The notes: generated by a model from the sequence alone, not told the origin. 62,379 bases of DNA, filler included, from Globobulimina sp. (GCA_003354225.1; 34 parts of 34 records of this genome joined end to end with filler, not necessarily neighbours in it); one strand, 5' to 3'. Shown: positions 1 to 12,891, numbered from the whole stretch's first letter. Program-made: numbers and translations.

Positions 1-96
1 CCAAACGGTAGACACTATATATAATACACAAAAATATAACAAAATAAAAACACATACAGTATCTCGCACAGTGGGTCCTATGTATCGCACAATGTG

Positions 97-1596
97 ATGA
101 TGTTTATCAGCAATAGCACGCCGCCCGAAACACCACCTAACCAATCACCTGTGTTATCCTCCCAACTTTCCGGACAGTCCATCTCTTCCAATAACCGCTC
201 CTCATTCACCTTAACTAACCACAGCAATAACTTCAATATGACCTATAGCCACACGGCCATGGCACAGTTAACAGAGCGGACAGAGTCATCGCTCACTGTC
301 ACAATGACAGATAACAAAAGTTGTAAATGCGGCGCTATCGAAGACAACATATTAGACATAAACACCTTACCTTCCATTTGGTGCATTGACCACGACGATA
401 TGTTGGGATATATGTTAGTTTCATGGCACATTCCCATTGACTTATTCTCCATATTTAAGTCTTATATTTACATGGATGGCTACGACATATTGACCAATGT
501 CGATGGTGAGTATCATAAACGTATTCGTAACGCATTGTTATTAACTTCATTCTGCCCGTGTTGGTACCATTTATTTGCGGACATTCCATTACGAATTATG
601 CAGTTTGGATATTGTCCGGGAACCACACAATTTGCGCTCAAATTTACAAATAATAATCAGAATCAGAACAATAAAATGAAATTTGAGTCTCGCTCACGAT
701 TTTCACGCAAAATTTGCATCGCAAATCAATTGCTAACCATTGAGATCTTTGACATGAATATTGCTGAATTTCCAACTATGATCCCTTCGTATTTAGAGTG
801 CTATGATCCGCATGTTATACTATTACTGTTTGATGTGGCGGATCGGTCTTCGTTTGAGGGCATTATTAAAATGAGGAAGTCATTGGAGAATTTATATGAG
901 TCTCTGTCTGAAAAATGTGAGTATGACATTGCTATTCATCCCAATCGGAATAATCTAAATTTAAAACGCTTTCACGATTCATTCGATGCCATAGCGTCGG
1001 TGTTTGGATTTGGTGATAAGTCCGAAAGGGAAACGATAAAAACACTGAAAACGGCGAGGAGTAATTCTATAGCTTCGGTGTTTGGGTTTGGTAATAAGTC
1101 CGAACGAGAAACGATAAAAACACGAAGCAGTTCGGTGGCGTCGATGTTGTCCAATATATCGAATGGAATTAAAAAGGAATGTAAATATCTGAAATCTAAA
1201 TCGATTGATGTTTATGATAGGAAAGCATCGAAATTTAAAGTGAATGAAAGCAATAAAAATGAGATTACGATACAGGCGTTAAGCAAAGAGGAGGAAGAGG
1301 ATGAATGTGGTTCGTGTTATTATCATAATAATAATATTTGTAGTGATACAACAACGTCACGAATGCCACCGATTTTAGTGATTGGTATTCACGCAGATAT
1401 TGATGATACACAGCGGAATGTGAGTATTGAGGAAGGATTACAATTGTCAAAGAAATGGGAAGTACCATATATTGAAACCTCTGCGATTAATGGGAATAAT
1501 GTAAATGATGTGTTTATTGAATGTGTGAGAACGAGATGGCTTTATGATACATATCCAACTGTTCGACATCGATCCAGAGCTTTTATTATTACCTAA
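97..1596 (+). CDS. Divergent Ras-superfamily GTPase-like protein with a large internal insert (probable pseudo-GTPase)
   Basis: Ras-like segments ILLLFDVADRSSFEGI and PILVIG...RNVSIEEGLQLSKKWEVPYIETSA...NVNDVF; G1, G3 and G4 are degenerate; no CAAX. Confidence 0.75.
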   Translation: MMFISNSTPPETPPNQSPVLSSQLSGQSISSNNRSSFTLTNHSNNFNMTYSHTAMAQLTERTESSLTVTMTDNKSCKCGAIEDNILDINTLPSIWCIDHDDMLGYMLVSWHIPIDLFSIFKSYIYMDGYDILTNVDGEYHKRIRNALLLTSFCPCWYHLFADIPLRIMQFGYCPGTTQFALKFTNNNQNQNNKMKFESRSRFSRKICIANQLLTIEIFDMNIAEFPTMIPSYLECYDPHVILLLFDVADRSSFEGIIKMRKSLENLYESLSEKCEYDIAIHPNRNNLNLKRFHDSFDAIASVFGFGDKSERETIKTLKTARSNSIASVFGFGNKSERETIKTRSSSVASMLSNISNGIKKECKYLKSKSIDVYDRKASKFKVNESNKNEITIQALSKEEEEDECGSCYYHNNNICSDTTTSRMPPILVIGIHADIDDTQRNVSIEEGLQLSKKWEVPYIETSAINGNNVNDVFIECVRTRWLYDTYPTVRHRSRAFIIT

Positions 1597-1739
1597 TAAA
1601 TGTATTTTGAGTTCAATTATTTCTTTTGTTTTTTGCATTTTCTCATTTAATATAAATCTTAATTGTTTATTTTGCCTTTGCTACTCGAGTACATGAAGCA
1701 ATATGAAACAGGATGGAAAAAAAATAATTTGTCGGTTTT

Positions 1740-1839
1740 NNNNNNNNNNNNNNNNNNNNNNNNNNNNNNNNNNNNNNNNNNNNTTAATTAATTAANNNNN
1801 NNNNNNNNNNNNNNNNNNNNNNNNNNNNNNNNNNNNNNN
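1740..1839. other. Artificial contig-joining spacer (first of 33; recurs every ~1836-1839 bp up to 60544-60643)
   Basis: 44 N + TTAATTAATTAA (stops in all six frames) + 44 N, repeated identically; contig lengths fall from 1739 to 1736 bp. Confidence 0.98.
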
Positions 1840-2680
1840 ATTAATTAAACTAATATTATTAATCGAATAAAAACACATTGCGACAAAATAAAAAAAAAAC
1901 TAAATATTATTAATAAAATATTATCAAATATATATAAAAAAAACATATACTGCAAAATAAGAGACTGTTAAAGAGCGAGCATACGAAATTTTGAATATTT
2001 AGGCGAGCGACAAAGCTCAAGCCCTCATTGAAATTTTGTAAGCTCTTCAACAAAATATTACACTCAGAATACACTGTAAATTAAAAGAGAAGGAATGATG
2101 ACAGCTGGAATATTATAAGAAAATGTGTGTAATGAACAAAATGTCCATATCCCATTTTAATGGTAAAGCAAAGCACCACATAGCATGGGCAGCTCATTTA
2201 AGCATAAATGTATCAGTTATGTTCAATAAGCTTCACTATCATCTTGAATGAGTGCGGCGCGCTGTTACCAATGTATCAAGGACAGTTATGTCTGTTTAAT
2301 TTCTGTATATTTGAATTGAATTGTTTTCAATATATAATTTGCTGCATAATCATTTCTTAACTGATATAATTTGATTATTTGGATTTTGATCTCATGCCTT
2401 GGAATCCAATAATTTCAATCAGTTTTAATGTACGCTGCGACTTTATACAGCAATTTATTAATATTTATATTGGTTACAATTATAAACCACAGTTGAGTTG
2501 TGAGGAGTGAGGAAGGATTGATTAGAAAGGATAAGTTTTGAAGTTTTTGTTGTTTTGATTATTATATTTCAAAGTTATTTCTGGTCTTAAATCATGAGAA
2601 TTATCTGGTTTTGAAATTATTTATGAAGATTAATACTTAAACAAACTAATATAAAAAAAACAAGTAAATCATTTATGTAT

Positions 2681-3578
2681 TCATGTGTCATGTGGCGGCA
2701 CACCAAATACAAAAAATCCCTGAGCTTTAGTTTGACCAACAACAAAATGAAAAGCTGGATTTTCATCTTTCATCCAAAATGGATAAGTTGACCAAATGCC
2801 ATGGCCAAAGACATTTGCATCATCTTCTGGATACACATCAAAATACGCAACTTCTTCCAACTCAAATTGTGCAATATTTGTTGTATCCAATATTCTTAAT
2901 CCCGCCCTATAATTCGATTCATACGCTCGATTATCCACAATATATAAATTATGATCGATTGATGTCGTGGGTCCGGTATAAATACCACCCAACACAGGCG
3001 CTGCCAATGACGATATATCCCATATATACGTTGTTGTTCTCTGCACAGAACCAGAATATTCATCCAATTCATCGTCCAATAACAAATGCCGCATATCAGG
3101 CGTTAGCCATCCTTGATGCGTATACCTTGACGTCGCATAGGGCGATCTACTAATCATTACCGGCGACGATTTAACACTCACATCCACGATGGTTAGTGTA
3201 TTCTCATTGTATCCAAAACATATTTCTTTTCCGACATATACGGTGTCCGGACCTCTATAAACAACGCATTCAGCATCATGCGTATAGCCATCCTCTGCAT
3301 AAACACCCACAATCTCCAATCGATTCTGTGTAATGTCCGGCATTGCCACGTCATACATTATCAAGCCACCTTTTAAAATAATTGTATTTTGTAAGGAAAT
3401 AAAGCAAAAAAACACTTAATACAAAGACCGACTGAGCAACATTACAGCAATATGTTTAGAAACGCTTTGTATGTATATATACCTCGAGAATTCTGCGAAT
3501 TTGAGCCAACCGCATATAGGAAACCCGTTTGTTCATTGTATGCAATATTGTGTACATTGCCAACTTGTGAATCAACAC
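2681..3578 (-). CDS. Choice-of-anchor B family protein, 5'-partial; intron ~3482-3371
   Basis: Upstream exon GNVHNIAYNEQTGFLYAVG; YTHDAECVVYRGPD, YTHQGWLT, LLLDDELDE, IDHNLY, YESNYRAGLRILD; a GT..AG intron restores the frame. Confidence 0.8.
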
Positions 3579-3820
3579 NNNNNNNNNNNNNNNNNNNNNN
3601 NNNNNNNNNNNNNNNNNNNNNNTTAATTAATTAANNNNNNNNNNNNNNNNNNNNNNNNNNNNNNNNNNNNNNNNNNNNCATGTCACTTCCGCTTTAGTCT
3701 GGCAACTTTAAATCGGTTTCCCATTAATGAATTTAACCCAATTTAGTATTAAATTCATATGAAACCGATTCAAAGCAATCTAAATTTCGGCTCTCCCAAA
3801 AGAGCATAAGTCAACGCCAT

Positions 3821-5397
3821 ATGGCCAGCGATCTTCAAGATTACGTCTACGAATGTTGTAACCGCGACGTCGACGTCACAGGGACATCAATATTATGCGA
3901 AGTGGGGAATTTGGAACGAAATGCATGCAATACATGGATCCATGATCGCTGTTTGGATGCGAAGGACAGAGAGAGATATTTATTAGAAGGCGCGAAACAA
4001 TTTCAATGGTTTTGTGAGCAGCATCGCATTGGGATGCATTTAGACGCAGATTCGGGTCATTTGGATGGAGACGAAGACGATTTTGCAGACTGTGATGACG
4101 AGGATGATGATATTGTGCCTGGTTTGTTTCTTTTTATTTTATTTTATTTTGTACTGTGTTTTATATCATATTTAACACAGAAACCCGGCGAACACGACGC
4201 CCAACGACGCGAAATACACGAAAACGTGTATTTAGTCATAGTATGCCTCCACAGCGCGAAGAAGAAGATGCCTCACCTCCACCCAAACGATTTAAAGAAA
4301 TGGAGAAAGAGAGCAGCACAGATATTGAGTTCCTATCAGAAATAAAGAAGTATGACACATTGATGAACAAATATGAGCGATTTAGACGGCAAAAGAATGC
4401 CAAATTTGAGATGGAGATATCGGAGGAGGCAGAGGAGCCATATGACTCCACCTACAATATGACGCAAACCGCGCCATCCCCGCCACCACAAAAAGCAGTT
4501 CATCCGTATCAAACACGGTCGACTGTCAAATATCGAGCATCCGCAATCTCGCAGTCCTCAAACCAAGCCGTCGTACGCTATAAAGACGACAAAATATTAA
4601 AGTTTGTGATGTCAAGCGAAGAATATGAAGAGCAACGCGTTGAAGCATCAGACGTGGCGCCGCGGCCCAAACCGCCACCAAAATCGGCCATATCTGGCGA
4701 TCATATGAATTTTAGTGAAGATGACGATGTTTTGAATGATTTATCAGTGCCGTGGCCCGCATCAATTCGCAAAAAACGCCGTCGAAAATTGAAACTGTTC
4801 GACGGTTACAGCAATTTAAGTGACTTTATCAACGAAACAAATACAAATAACAACAGCAAAAATGCGCCATTAGAGCATGGCGACAGACATGGCGGGAGAA
4901 TGCGGGAAATGCCACTCGATCCAACCCGCGGCATTAAAGAGGATTTCGCAGTGTTTGGCTATCGGCAAATGGCCAATAAAGGTCAACTCGCTCAGATCCC
5001 CAATTTCGAAGAAATCCAAATCGATTCATTTTCGTCGGGATTTAACATTTTGTTGGCGTATAAAAAGAAGGTGCCGAGCGACACATTTTTGACTCGCGTA
5101 ATTTATTCAAGAAACAAAATGACAAAGCCAGCCAAAGGAGTGGTGAGCTCATTTTTATTAAGAAAGGACATTAAAATGAAGGATTTGAAGAAACAGACAT
5201 TTAAAGGATGGAAATCCATCGCCGATGTTGCAAAATTATGCAATTTGGCAGTTATTAGCGGGGATTCGCGTCCTCCGCGTCCTCATCGCAAATCAGGTTT
5301 GAAACTACTAAATGAAACTGATATTATTACATTATTTGGTTCAAATCCGATGGACAAAGCGATGGTATTTGGATGTATGGCGAATGCAGATAGATAA
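3821..5397 (+). CDS. PHD-finger-like protein; exons 3821-4121 and 4181-5397
   Basis: CC...C...CNTWIHDRCL...WFCEQH; a 59-nt GT..AG intron joins the two ORFs in frame (G|AA=Glu). Confidence 0.7.
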
Positions 5398-5616
5398 TTG
5401 TATGGATATTAAAACAGNNNNNNNNNNNNNNNNNNNNNNNNNNNNNNNNNNNNNNNNNNNNTTAATTAATTAANNNNNNNNNNNNNNNNNNNNNNNNNNN
5501 NNNNNNNNNNNNNNNNNTTTTAGCGCTGTCATTATTTGTGATAACTGGCAAAAGGCCAAAAACTCAAACTCAAACTCAAAGTAAAGGTTATAAACCAAAC
5601 GAAATCGGAAAAAGTG

Positions 5617-7089
5617 TCATTTTGTATCCTGCAACAAAGAGATATATTTCATTAATTTTATTCTATGCCCAATTTTATGTATTCCAATATCAATCAGATG
5701 CTGGTTTGTTATCTCCATTACAATCTCCATATCATCGAATCCATTCTCTGTAAATAAATTATAATATTCCTCCAATTTAACAGCATCTCTCAACCAAACA
5801 TATATTTTATCTCTGGCACTCTCATTTACTTTTATCATTTTATCTGTTTTATTCAATTCATTCATATGCATCATTTTATCCATTTTTATATTGAGATGAA
5901 CAATTTGCTTTTGTAACATATCAACTTTTGCTTTATAATGGTTGAATTGGCTTTGATTTTCGTTTTCGTTTTGATGTTCTGCAAATTTGGTCCATTGAGA
6001 GACAATGTCATCTTTTGTAGCAATCATAATCTCATCACCAAAATTATCAAACTCTTTCATAACCACAATATCAATAATTATTGTGAATGAATTATATTTT
6101 TGAAATTGTGAAAACGATAATTGTTTTGTACTCCATTCCCATCCATAATTATTGTAATCAAATTCATCGATATTTTTATCATTAATATTAATGTTTGGAT
6201 GAGTTTGTATTATTTTCACAGTCCATTTACATTTAATCTTATTAATATTTGGTGGTAAACTGCACAAATTTAAATAAATAAATACAATTCCTTTGTCATC
6301 CATGTCTGGTCCGTTTGGGCAACAGCCAATGGCCCAAATATCATTAAATATTTCTGACTCATATTTCTTGCCAATATGACTCGCTTTCATCACATTCATT
6401 AAATCACAGTCTATCTCCCATTTAATTGTCTGTTTGCAAGCATAGTGACTTAAATTATTATTAATTTCATAAAAAAATAATTTATTTTTCGTGTAATTAT
6501 TATGTTTGGATTTCAGTTTTATTCGCAATATAATTATCTCAATGATAAATGTTAAACTTTTGAAAGCTTTGACTTCATTGAGCAACAATGAGCGATCCGG
6601 CCATCCGGCACTTGTGCCTTCGTAACTTGTGGTGATATTTGTAACTTTTGCTCGTGTTTGCTCACAAATGATGGTTCTTGAAATTACGACATGATCCCAT
6701 ATGGATGGCAGCGATAATAATTTAACATAGACATTAAATGATCCAATGCTATTTTTAGAATTGCCATTGGGATAAACATTGACCTGCCACGAAAGCCTAC
6801 CAATTTTAAACTTATCTGAATGGAATGTTTCACTGTTCTCTGCGAATAACATTTTGTTAAAAGATTTGCTGTCAATAATCCATTTGTAGAGACCCCGATT
6901 TAACATGAAGTGATTTTGTATGTATGATAAAACGATATAGGTCAAAAGCGTAGGGACATGATAATATGAGTTATTATTATGGCTTGATAATAATTTGCGT
7001 TGATATCGTGAAATATATCCAAATACAATGGATTTAGTTCGTTCATCCAGTTGCTTAATGTCATCCAGATTGAATGAGGACTCTGACAT
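5617..7089 (-). CDS. MATH-MATH-coiled coil-SAM domain protein
   Basis: Two MATH-like units (WQVNVYPNG...VYVKLLSLP; WAIGCCPNG...IYLNLCSLP) and a C-terminal SAM (WLRDAVKLEEYYNLFTENGFDDME...IGIHKIGHRIKL). Confidence 0.8.
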   Translation of the reverse strand: MSESSFNLDDIKQLDERTKSIVFGYISRYQRKLLSSHNNNSYYHVPTLLTYIVLSYIQNHFMLNRGLYKWIIDSKSFNKMLFAENSETFHSDKFKIGRLSWQVNVYPNGNSKNSIGSFNVYVKLLSLPSIWDHVVISRTIICEQTRAKVTNITTSYEGTSAGWPDRSLLLNEVKAFKSLTFIIEIIILRIKLKSKHNNYTKNKLFFYEINNNLSHYACKQTIKWEIDCDLMNVMKASHIGKKYESEIFNDIWAIGCCPNGPDMDDKGIVFIYLNLCSLPPNINKIKCKWTVKIIQTHPNININDKNIDEFDYNNYGWEWSTKQLSFSQFQKYNSFTIIIDIVVMKEFDNFGDEIMIATKDDIVSQWTKFAEHQNENENQSQFNHYKAKVDMLQKQIVHLNIKMDKMMHMNELNKTDKMIKVNESARDKIYVWLRDAVKLEEYYNLFTENGFDDMEIVMEITNQHLIDIGIHKIGHRIKLMKYISLLQDTK

Positions 7090-7356
7090 GATAGAAAATA
7101 CAATATTACTTAAAAATTCCCATGGCTGATGGCTCAATTGTACTATATACAACAAAATATTGAAAATAAATCTGATACACTAACATTACACTTTGTGATA
7201 TCATCAAGATTTCCATACGAAAATAAGAGATTGTGCGGTATATAAATTGTGAATCGNNNNNNNNNNNNNNNNNNNNNNNNNNNNNNNNNNNNNNNNNNNN
7301 TTAATTAATTAANNNNNNNNNNNNNNNNNNNNNNNNNNNNNNNNNNNNNNNNNNNN

Positions 7357-9054
7357 AATTCTCCTCCCACTTTTTATTTATTTTTCTGTTTTTCAACGGT
7401 TTTCTATTTATTTTTGATATTAATTCCGTTTCAGTCAATTTATTTAAGGCCAATTGTTTGAATTTATTATTTCGGCGATGATATTTTGAACAATGTGATT
7501 TATCCGCGATTATTACATTTGATTTTTGTTTCAAATCTAATAAATTTTTTGTTTTTTGAATTAAAATTGTTTGTTTTTCAAATAATAATTTAATTTTTCT
7601 CAATAAATACATTTTCTTTGATTCGTTAGTTTTTGATATTGAGGGGAATAAATTCAATATGTATTCAAAATTTGTCTTTTTATTTTGTAATTCAATATAT
7701 TTTATCGCGCAAATTAATGCTTTTAAATGTTCAATTTTATCATTTCTCCGCATCGTAATATCGATTTTATTTACAAAATGTTTGTTTAATTTTATCAAAG
7801 TCGAAGACGAAAATTCATCCAAATTATGTCTAAAATCCACATCAAATTCTTGTTTTTCTTCATTTTTACTGTCATTCATATCGTAATCGTCTTCTTCTGC
7901 GGATTCTATGAGTTATTATTAGTTAATGAGTGTAAATAAACTCTGTCTAATAAAATTGATCTGAATTCTTCAAAATGTTCAATTTCTAATATCTCAAAAT
8001 TAATTGTTTTTAATATGTTTTTATTCACTGTGTTTTCGATTAATTTCTTATTAATATCATTGAATAATTGCTTCTGTTCTTCGGTCGATAAGTCATTCTC
8101 CGTTAAATTGTGTATTTCAATCGATTCAAATATGTTTATACATTCGTCATCGTCTGAACTCAAAACAATCCGTTTTTCTTCGTTTTCAGATAAGTCTGAA
8201 ATAGATTTGTCCGGATTTAATGTGTCAGTCTTTTTCCGTTTAATACCAGGTTTGTTATCATTTAATTTCTGTTCACAGCGAACTAATTTAAAATGTGTTT
8301 TCTTTGTTTTTTTATTATTTACATTTTGAACAATACCGTGAGAATTATGATGGATCGTGTTATTATTTTGATTAATATTGGTTGACTCTGCTAAAATTGA
8401 TAAATTATTTAGTTTCTTACCGATGTCAATTGCCCGTAATATGCCAGTCTCGTTAATAAAAATATAATCATTGTAATAACTTAAATTTGACACTGAATTT
8501 CTTGGATATTTATAAACAATGTTTAATTTTAATAATTTCCGCACCTCCACCCTTTCCACCCAGTTACTCGAAGCAATAATGGCAAAATTTAATGAAATAA
8601 CCCATTTTTGATTTTGCTTATTTCTAAATAGATGTTTAATATGTTCCCAGTGTCCAGGGATAATTTCCTTATGTAATAATCTTAATTTCCTTCGTAACGA
8701 TGTACGTCTTAGATTTAATAATTTATTTTGACACTGTTTAATTATCCGGTTCTGTCTATATACGTCTCTCGATCTGTCGATGCCGTTTACTCTAATTTTA
8801 ATTTTTAAGCCGGTAGGTATCAGATTATGTGCCTTCACAACATCTAAAAATTCAAGTTGTTTAAGCTTAGTTACATATTCCTTCGTGGTGTGATAATACT
8901 GAGTAAGATGCCAATTATACCAATCACCTAATAAAGCCCTCCAAGAATGATCGAATCTGCCCGGGTTTTGCCAATATGTATTTAATATTTCTTCATTGTG
9001 TGGGAATGACATAGTACAGTGATGTATCGGATAAGATGCAGACGCTATGACCAC
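7357..9054 (-). mobile_element. Probable N-terminal region of a Penelope-like retroelement ORF; frame break near 7906, 3'-partial
   Basis: LEFLDVVKAHNLIPTGLKIK followed by a basic helical region resembles the Penelope ORF N-terminus; intronless; the contig ends before any RT motif. Confidence 0.45.
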
Positions 9055-9195
9055 AATATTGATATGACCAAATATTACTGGACCAACTTTTCCTTNNNNN
9101 NNNNNNNNNNNNNNNNNNNNNNNNNNNNNNNNNNNNNNNTTAATTAATTAANNNNNNNNNNNNNNNNNNNNNNNNNNNNNNNNNNNNNNNNNNNN

Positions 9196-10934
9196 GCAGG
9201 CGCACAAAATGAGCATATAAATATGATTAAAAAAGTGCAAGAAACAATGAATCAACGAGTTGATGTTGTTGCTGATGTTGGAATGAATTCGAATTCGAAG
9301 CAAAATAATACCAACAATAATTCAATGACCAGTTCCATTTTCCAGCAGCTTCCATCGATATCGTCAGATTCACAAAATGGTGTAGCAAATAATAGAGAGT
9401 ATCAATTACAATTAAAAAATTTAATTGCACCAATACATTATGGATATAATAAAGCTCCATTGCCGATACAGCCACGTCAAGTTCCAACATTAACAATACC
9501 CACAATACCCACAATACCCACAATACCAACAATTCCAACACTACCACCAATACCAAAAACAAGCAACAAAGTGCAACCTAACAATGTGAGAAACAATATT
9601 CCCGCCGCATTTCCATTTAACAACACAAATAATAACAATGATAATGTAACGTCTCAGAATTCAGGTATTAGTTATTCTTTTTATGTATGATATATTTGTA
9701 CCACTTTAACTTTTAAACGGTATTTTATGCAAATTTTCTTCGCAAACTACTGCTGTACATTTAGTATTAATGAGTACGTAACATTTTTAAGAATCTGATA
9801 TTATGTGTACGGTATTAACCTATTTGTATATTTGCATTGTGGAGTTTCATACTTGATGGAGAATTTTATGCTGGTCAATATTTGACGAATCACAAAAATA
9901 CGTTTTTGGTTAGGTCATATCAGTAATGGTAGCTTGTCGCTGCAGTTATATTTGCTGAATTGGTGAGGTCCTGGACCTGGACTGCAACAAACTCCATTGG
10001 TCATGAATTGGTGAGGTCGCTAATCTGATATTATCCAAAAATTAGGTTCTGAATGTAAATGATTATATGTTTTTCATAGGATTTCCGTCAATGTATATTC
10101 GACGGAATGTTTCTGCTCACAATTTGGAAGGAGGACAAATTAAAAAAAAGTACTCTTCGAAATTTATTAGCCATCATATGAGAGCTCGGCAGGATGCTCG
10201 ATCTATTTTAATAATTACTGTCCGGGTTTTTTTAATTCGACCTAGTTCCAAATTGTGCCCAGGAACGTTAACATTGAACATAATGTCCAATACAACTACA
10301 GTTATACAGAAGCAGTTTATTGCAAATCCTATGGAAAAACCTAATTTTTACATGTTTGGGACCATCAATGCCGTTCCAACACTGCACATCATATCAAATT
10401 CTTAAAAACTAATCCATTTTGTAATTGTACATGTGAGCGAAATTGCAATCACAATGAGTTGCGAAATTAATAATTTGTGTTATGATGCATGCAAAATATT
10501 TAGGCAATGACACAAATACAATTGATGCAGCTCAGATAACTATTTGGCCGACATCTAACATGAAACCAACAGCTCCGCCAAAACCACCACCTCCTCCAGC
10601 ATTTGAATGTGATGAATCAGAATCATCAGAAAACGACAGCAATCACCGTTATGAATGTACTTTCTGTAACAAAGATTTTGATACACCGCACGAATGGAAA
10701 TCACATATTGAAAACTCACATTTTAAAAAAGAAAAAGAAACGAAAAAATCAAAAAAAATCAACAACTCGAAATACAAAAACAAAAGAAAAAGAATATTCA
10801 GTAAAATGAATGAAAGTGACCATGACGATTCTGATGATGCCACCACATCGAATAAAAGAAGACGACGGAAAGTTCAGTGTGAATATTGTGATAAACAATA
10901 TTGCCGCGTCTCTGCATATATGAGGAATTATAAT
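9196..10934 (+). CDS. Multi-exon C2H2 zinc-finger protein, partial; exons 9196-9664 and 10504-10934, middle exon possible
   Basis: YECTFCNKDFDTPHEWKSHIENSH and CEYCDKQY; (PTI)n repeat; phase-compatible donor 9665 and acceptor 10503. Confidence 0.6.
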
Positions 10935-11034
10935 NNNNNNNNNNNNNNNNNNNNNNNNNNNNNNNNNNNNNNNNNNNNTTAATTAATTAANNNNNNNNNN
11001 NNNNNNNNNNNNNNNNNNNNNNNNNNNNNNNNNN

Positions 11035-11630
11035 CCATATTTGTGTACCAATCTGGCAAACCTTCTGCACTGTTATCATCTTCCATAATTAACGCGCCTG
11101 CTGCTCCAGCTGCCACATGTAAATGTGTACTGCCATGATGGTGAGGATGCCACCAAAATAGGCTACCACTGTGTTCACATGGTATATCGTAGTAATATGT
11201 GTGTTCTTCTCCAGGGCCTATGGTTACAAATACGTTATCGCTTGGATCTTCTCCGCTGAGATGAAGTCCATGGGTGTGTATGTTAGTAGTGTTGGGATCT
11301 TTGGGCACATTGTGGTCCGTTGGATTGTAGATTGATTCGTTTCCTAAATTATTGAACACTCGGATTTGATATTTGTTGCCGCGTTTGAATCTGAGTGTTT
11401 GTGATGGCAATGAATCATTAAATAGTCTTGTTCTTATTTGTGCGTTCTGTGGGATTGGCCAAGTTTGAGTGGATACGTCAAACATAAGTGTGGTGGAATA
11501 TGTGTTTGTGGATATTTGTGTCCATTCAATATCGTCGCCGTTTGCATTGTGTGTGATAGCTTGTGGTGGTGGTACTGTGCTAGTACTGTACTAGCAGAAA
11601 AATATAAATGCAAAAAGCTTAATGGGACAT
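11035..11630 (-). CDS. Multicopper oxidase, first cupredoxin domain; 3'-partial, 5' end frame-broken or spliced
   Basis: TNIHTHGLH and FWWHPHHHG copper-ligand motifs; the frame is open upstream of the listed ATG to ~11590. Confidence 0.88.
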
Positions 11631-11718
11631 CTAATACATGGGAAGTGGAAAAATAAAAATGCAACCGTTTAAATAAATTCAATTAAAAATGTTATATGTT
11701 CCGGAAAAAACTAACCAG

Positions 11719-12773
11719 TCAAACTGTATAACAATCACAAAGTCTTTTAAATGCTGTTATTGTTGCTGAGCAACCATGTGACGTTGCATCGAAACGCAAT
11801 CTTGGCCATGATGGATTGCCTTCGAAAAAAATAATTTCTTTCTTTTCATTGATCATCACATCCCATCCTACATAACAATGTGTGACTCCTTGTGTGCGAC
11901 GCAATCTTTGATGAGCTTCAATTGCTTTTGTAACAGCCGTTTTCAATTCTGCAATGCATTCATTTGTGCACAGTAACATTTCCTTCATTGGATGTTTTCC
12001 TTTTGGTCGCAATGTGATAGGATCAATGATGAATAATTTGTGACCAGCCTCATGTGATGTGTTTTCAAAATTGTACACCACAGCAATACTAACTACACTT
12101 GCTTGCAACTCTTCATCGCACAATGTTTGAATTGTGAATATACATTTCTTGTTCTGATAAAAATTTTCCATTCTCAATATTAAATATTTGCCTTCTTTTT
12201 CTGCTTGTTGTTTGTTCATTACAGCTCTCAATTCATCCTTGTTGTGACAGGTAACAACACCTGAACCACTCCCAACTGCGCCGTCATCAATTTTGAAAAT
12301 GAGTCGCTCAATTTTACCTTCATCCATTTCATCAAAAAATTTCAAATCACCGTTGATTTCCGACTCTGCAATAAGCACAGGAACTTTGATACCGTCAATG
12401 TCTGCCAAGATGTTTCTCCAAAATGTTTTTGTTTTGAGGATTGACGTTACAAGATCTTCGAATAAATTATCCTTTGATTGACAGTAAAATGACAAGGTCA
12501 TATCACTGATATTTTCAATGGAACTCCAAATGATACGTGTCATAATGTTTCCGTGTGTTCCGAACATGTAATGCGGGACATCTTTTCTTTTCATGGCTGG
12601 TTTGACCGCAGTAATGATGCAAATGCATGGGGCAAATAAAATGTACACAATTCCAGTAACGTAACGGAATGCAATGGACTCAATGTTAATGCCATAAACC
12701 AGATGGAGTACTTCGTATTGAAACATGGCAAAATGATAATGGTATCGGACTGCAGTTGAGTAATGGAATATGA
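11719..12773 (-). CDS. ATP-grasp-like protein (resembles the sugar-transfer-associated type), 5'-partial
   Basis: FKIDDGAVGSGSGV, AIEAHQ, VGWDVMI...FFEGN. Confidence 0.6.
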
Positions 12774-12891
12774 NNNNNNNNNNNNNNNNNNNNNNNNNNN
12801 NNNNNNNNNNNNNNNNNTTAATTAATTAANNNNNNNNNNNNNNNNNNNNNNNNNNNNNNNNNNNNNNNNNNNNAAGAACTTCTACGGGCAA

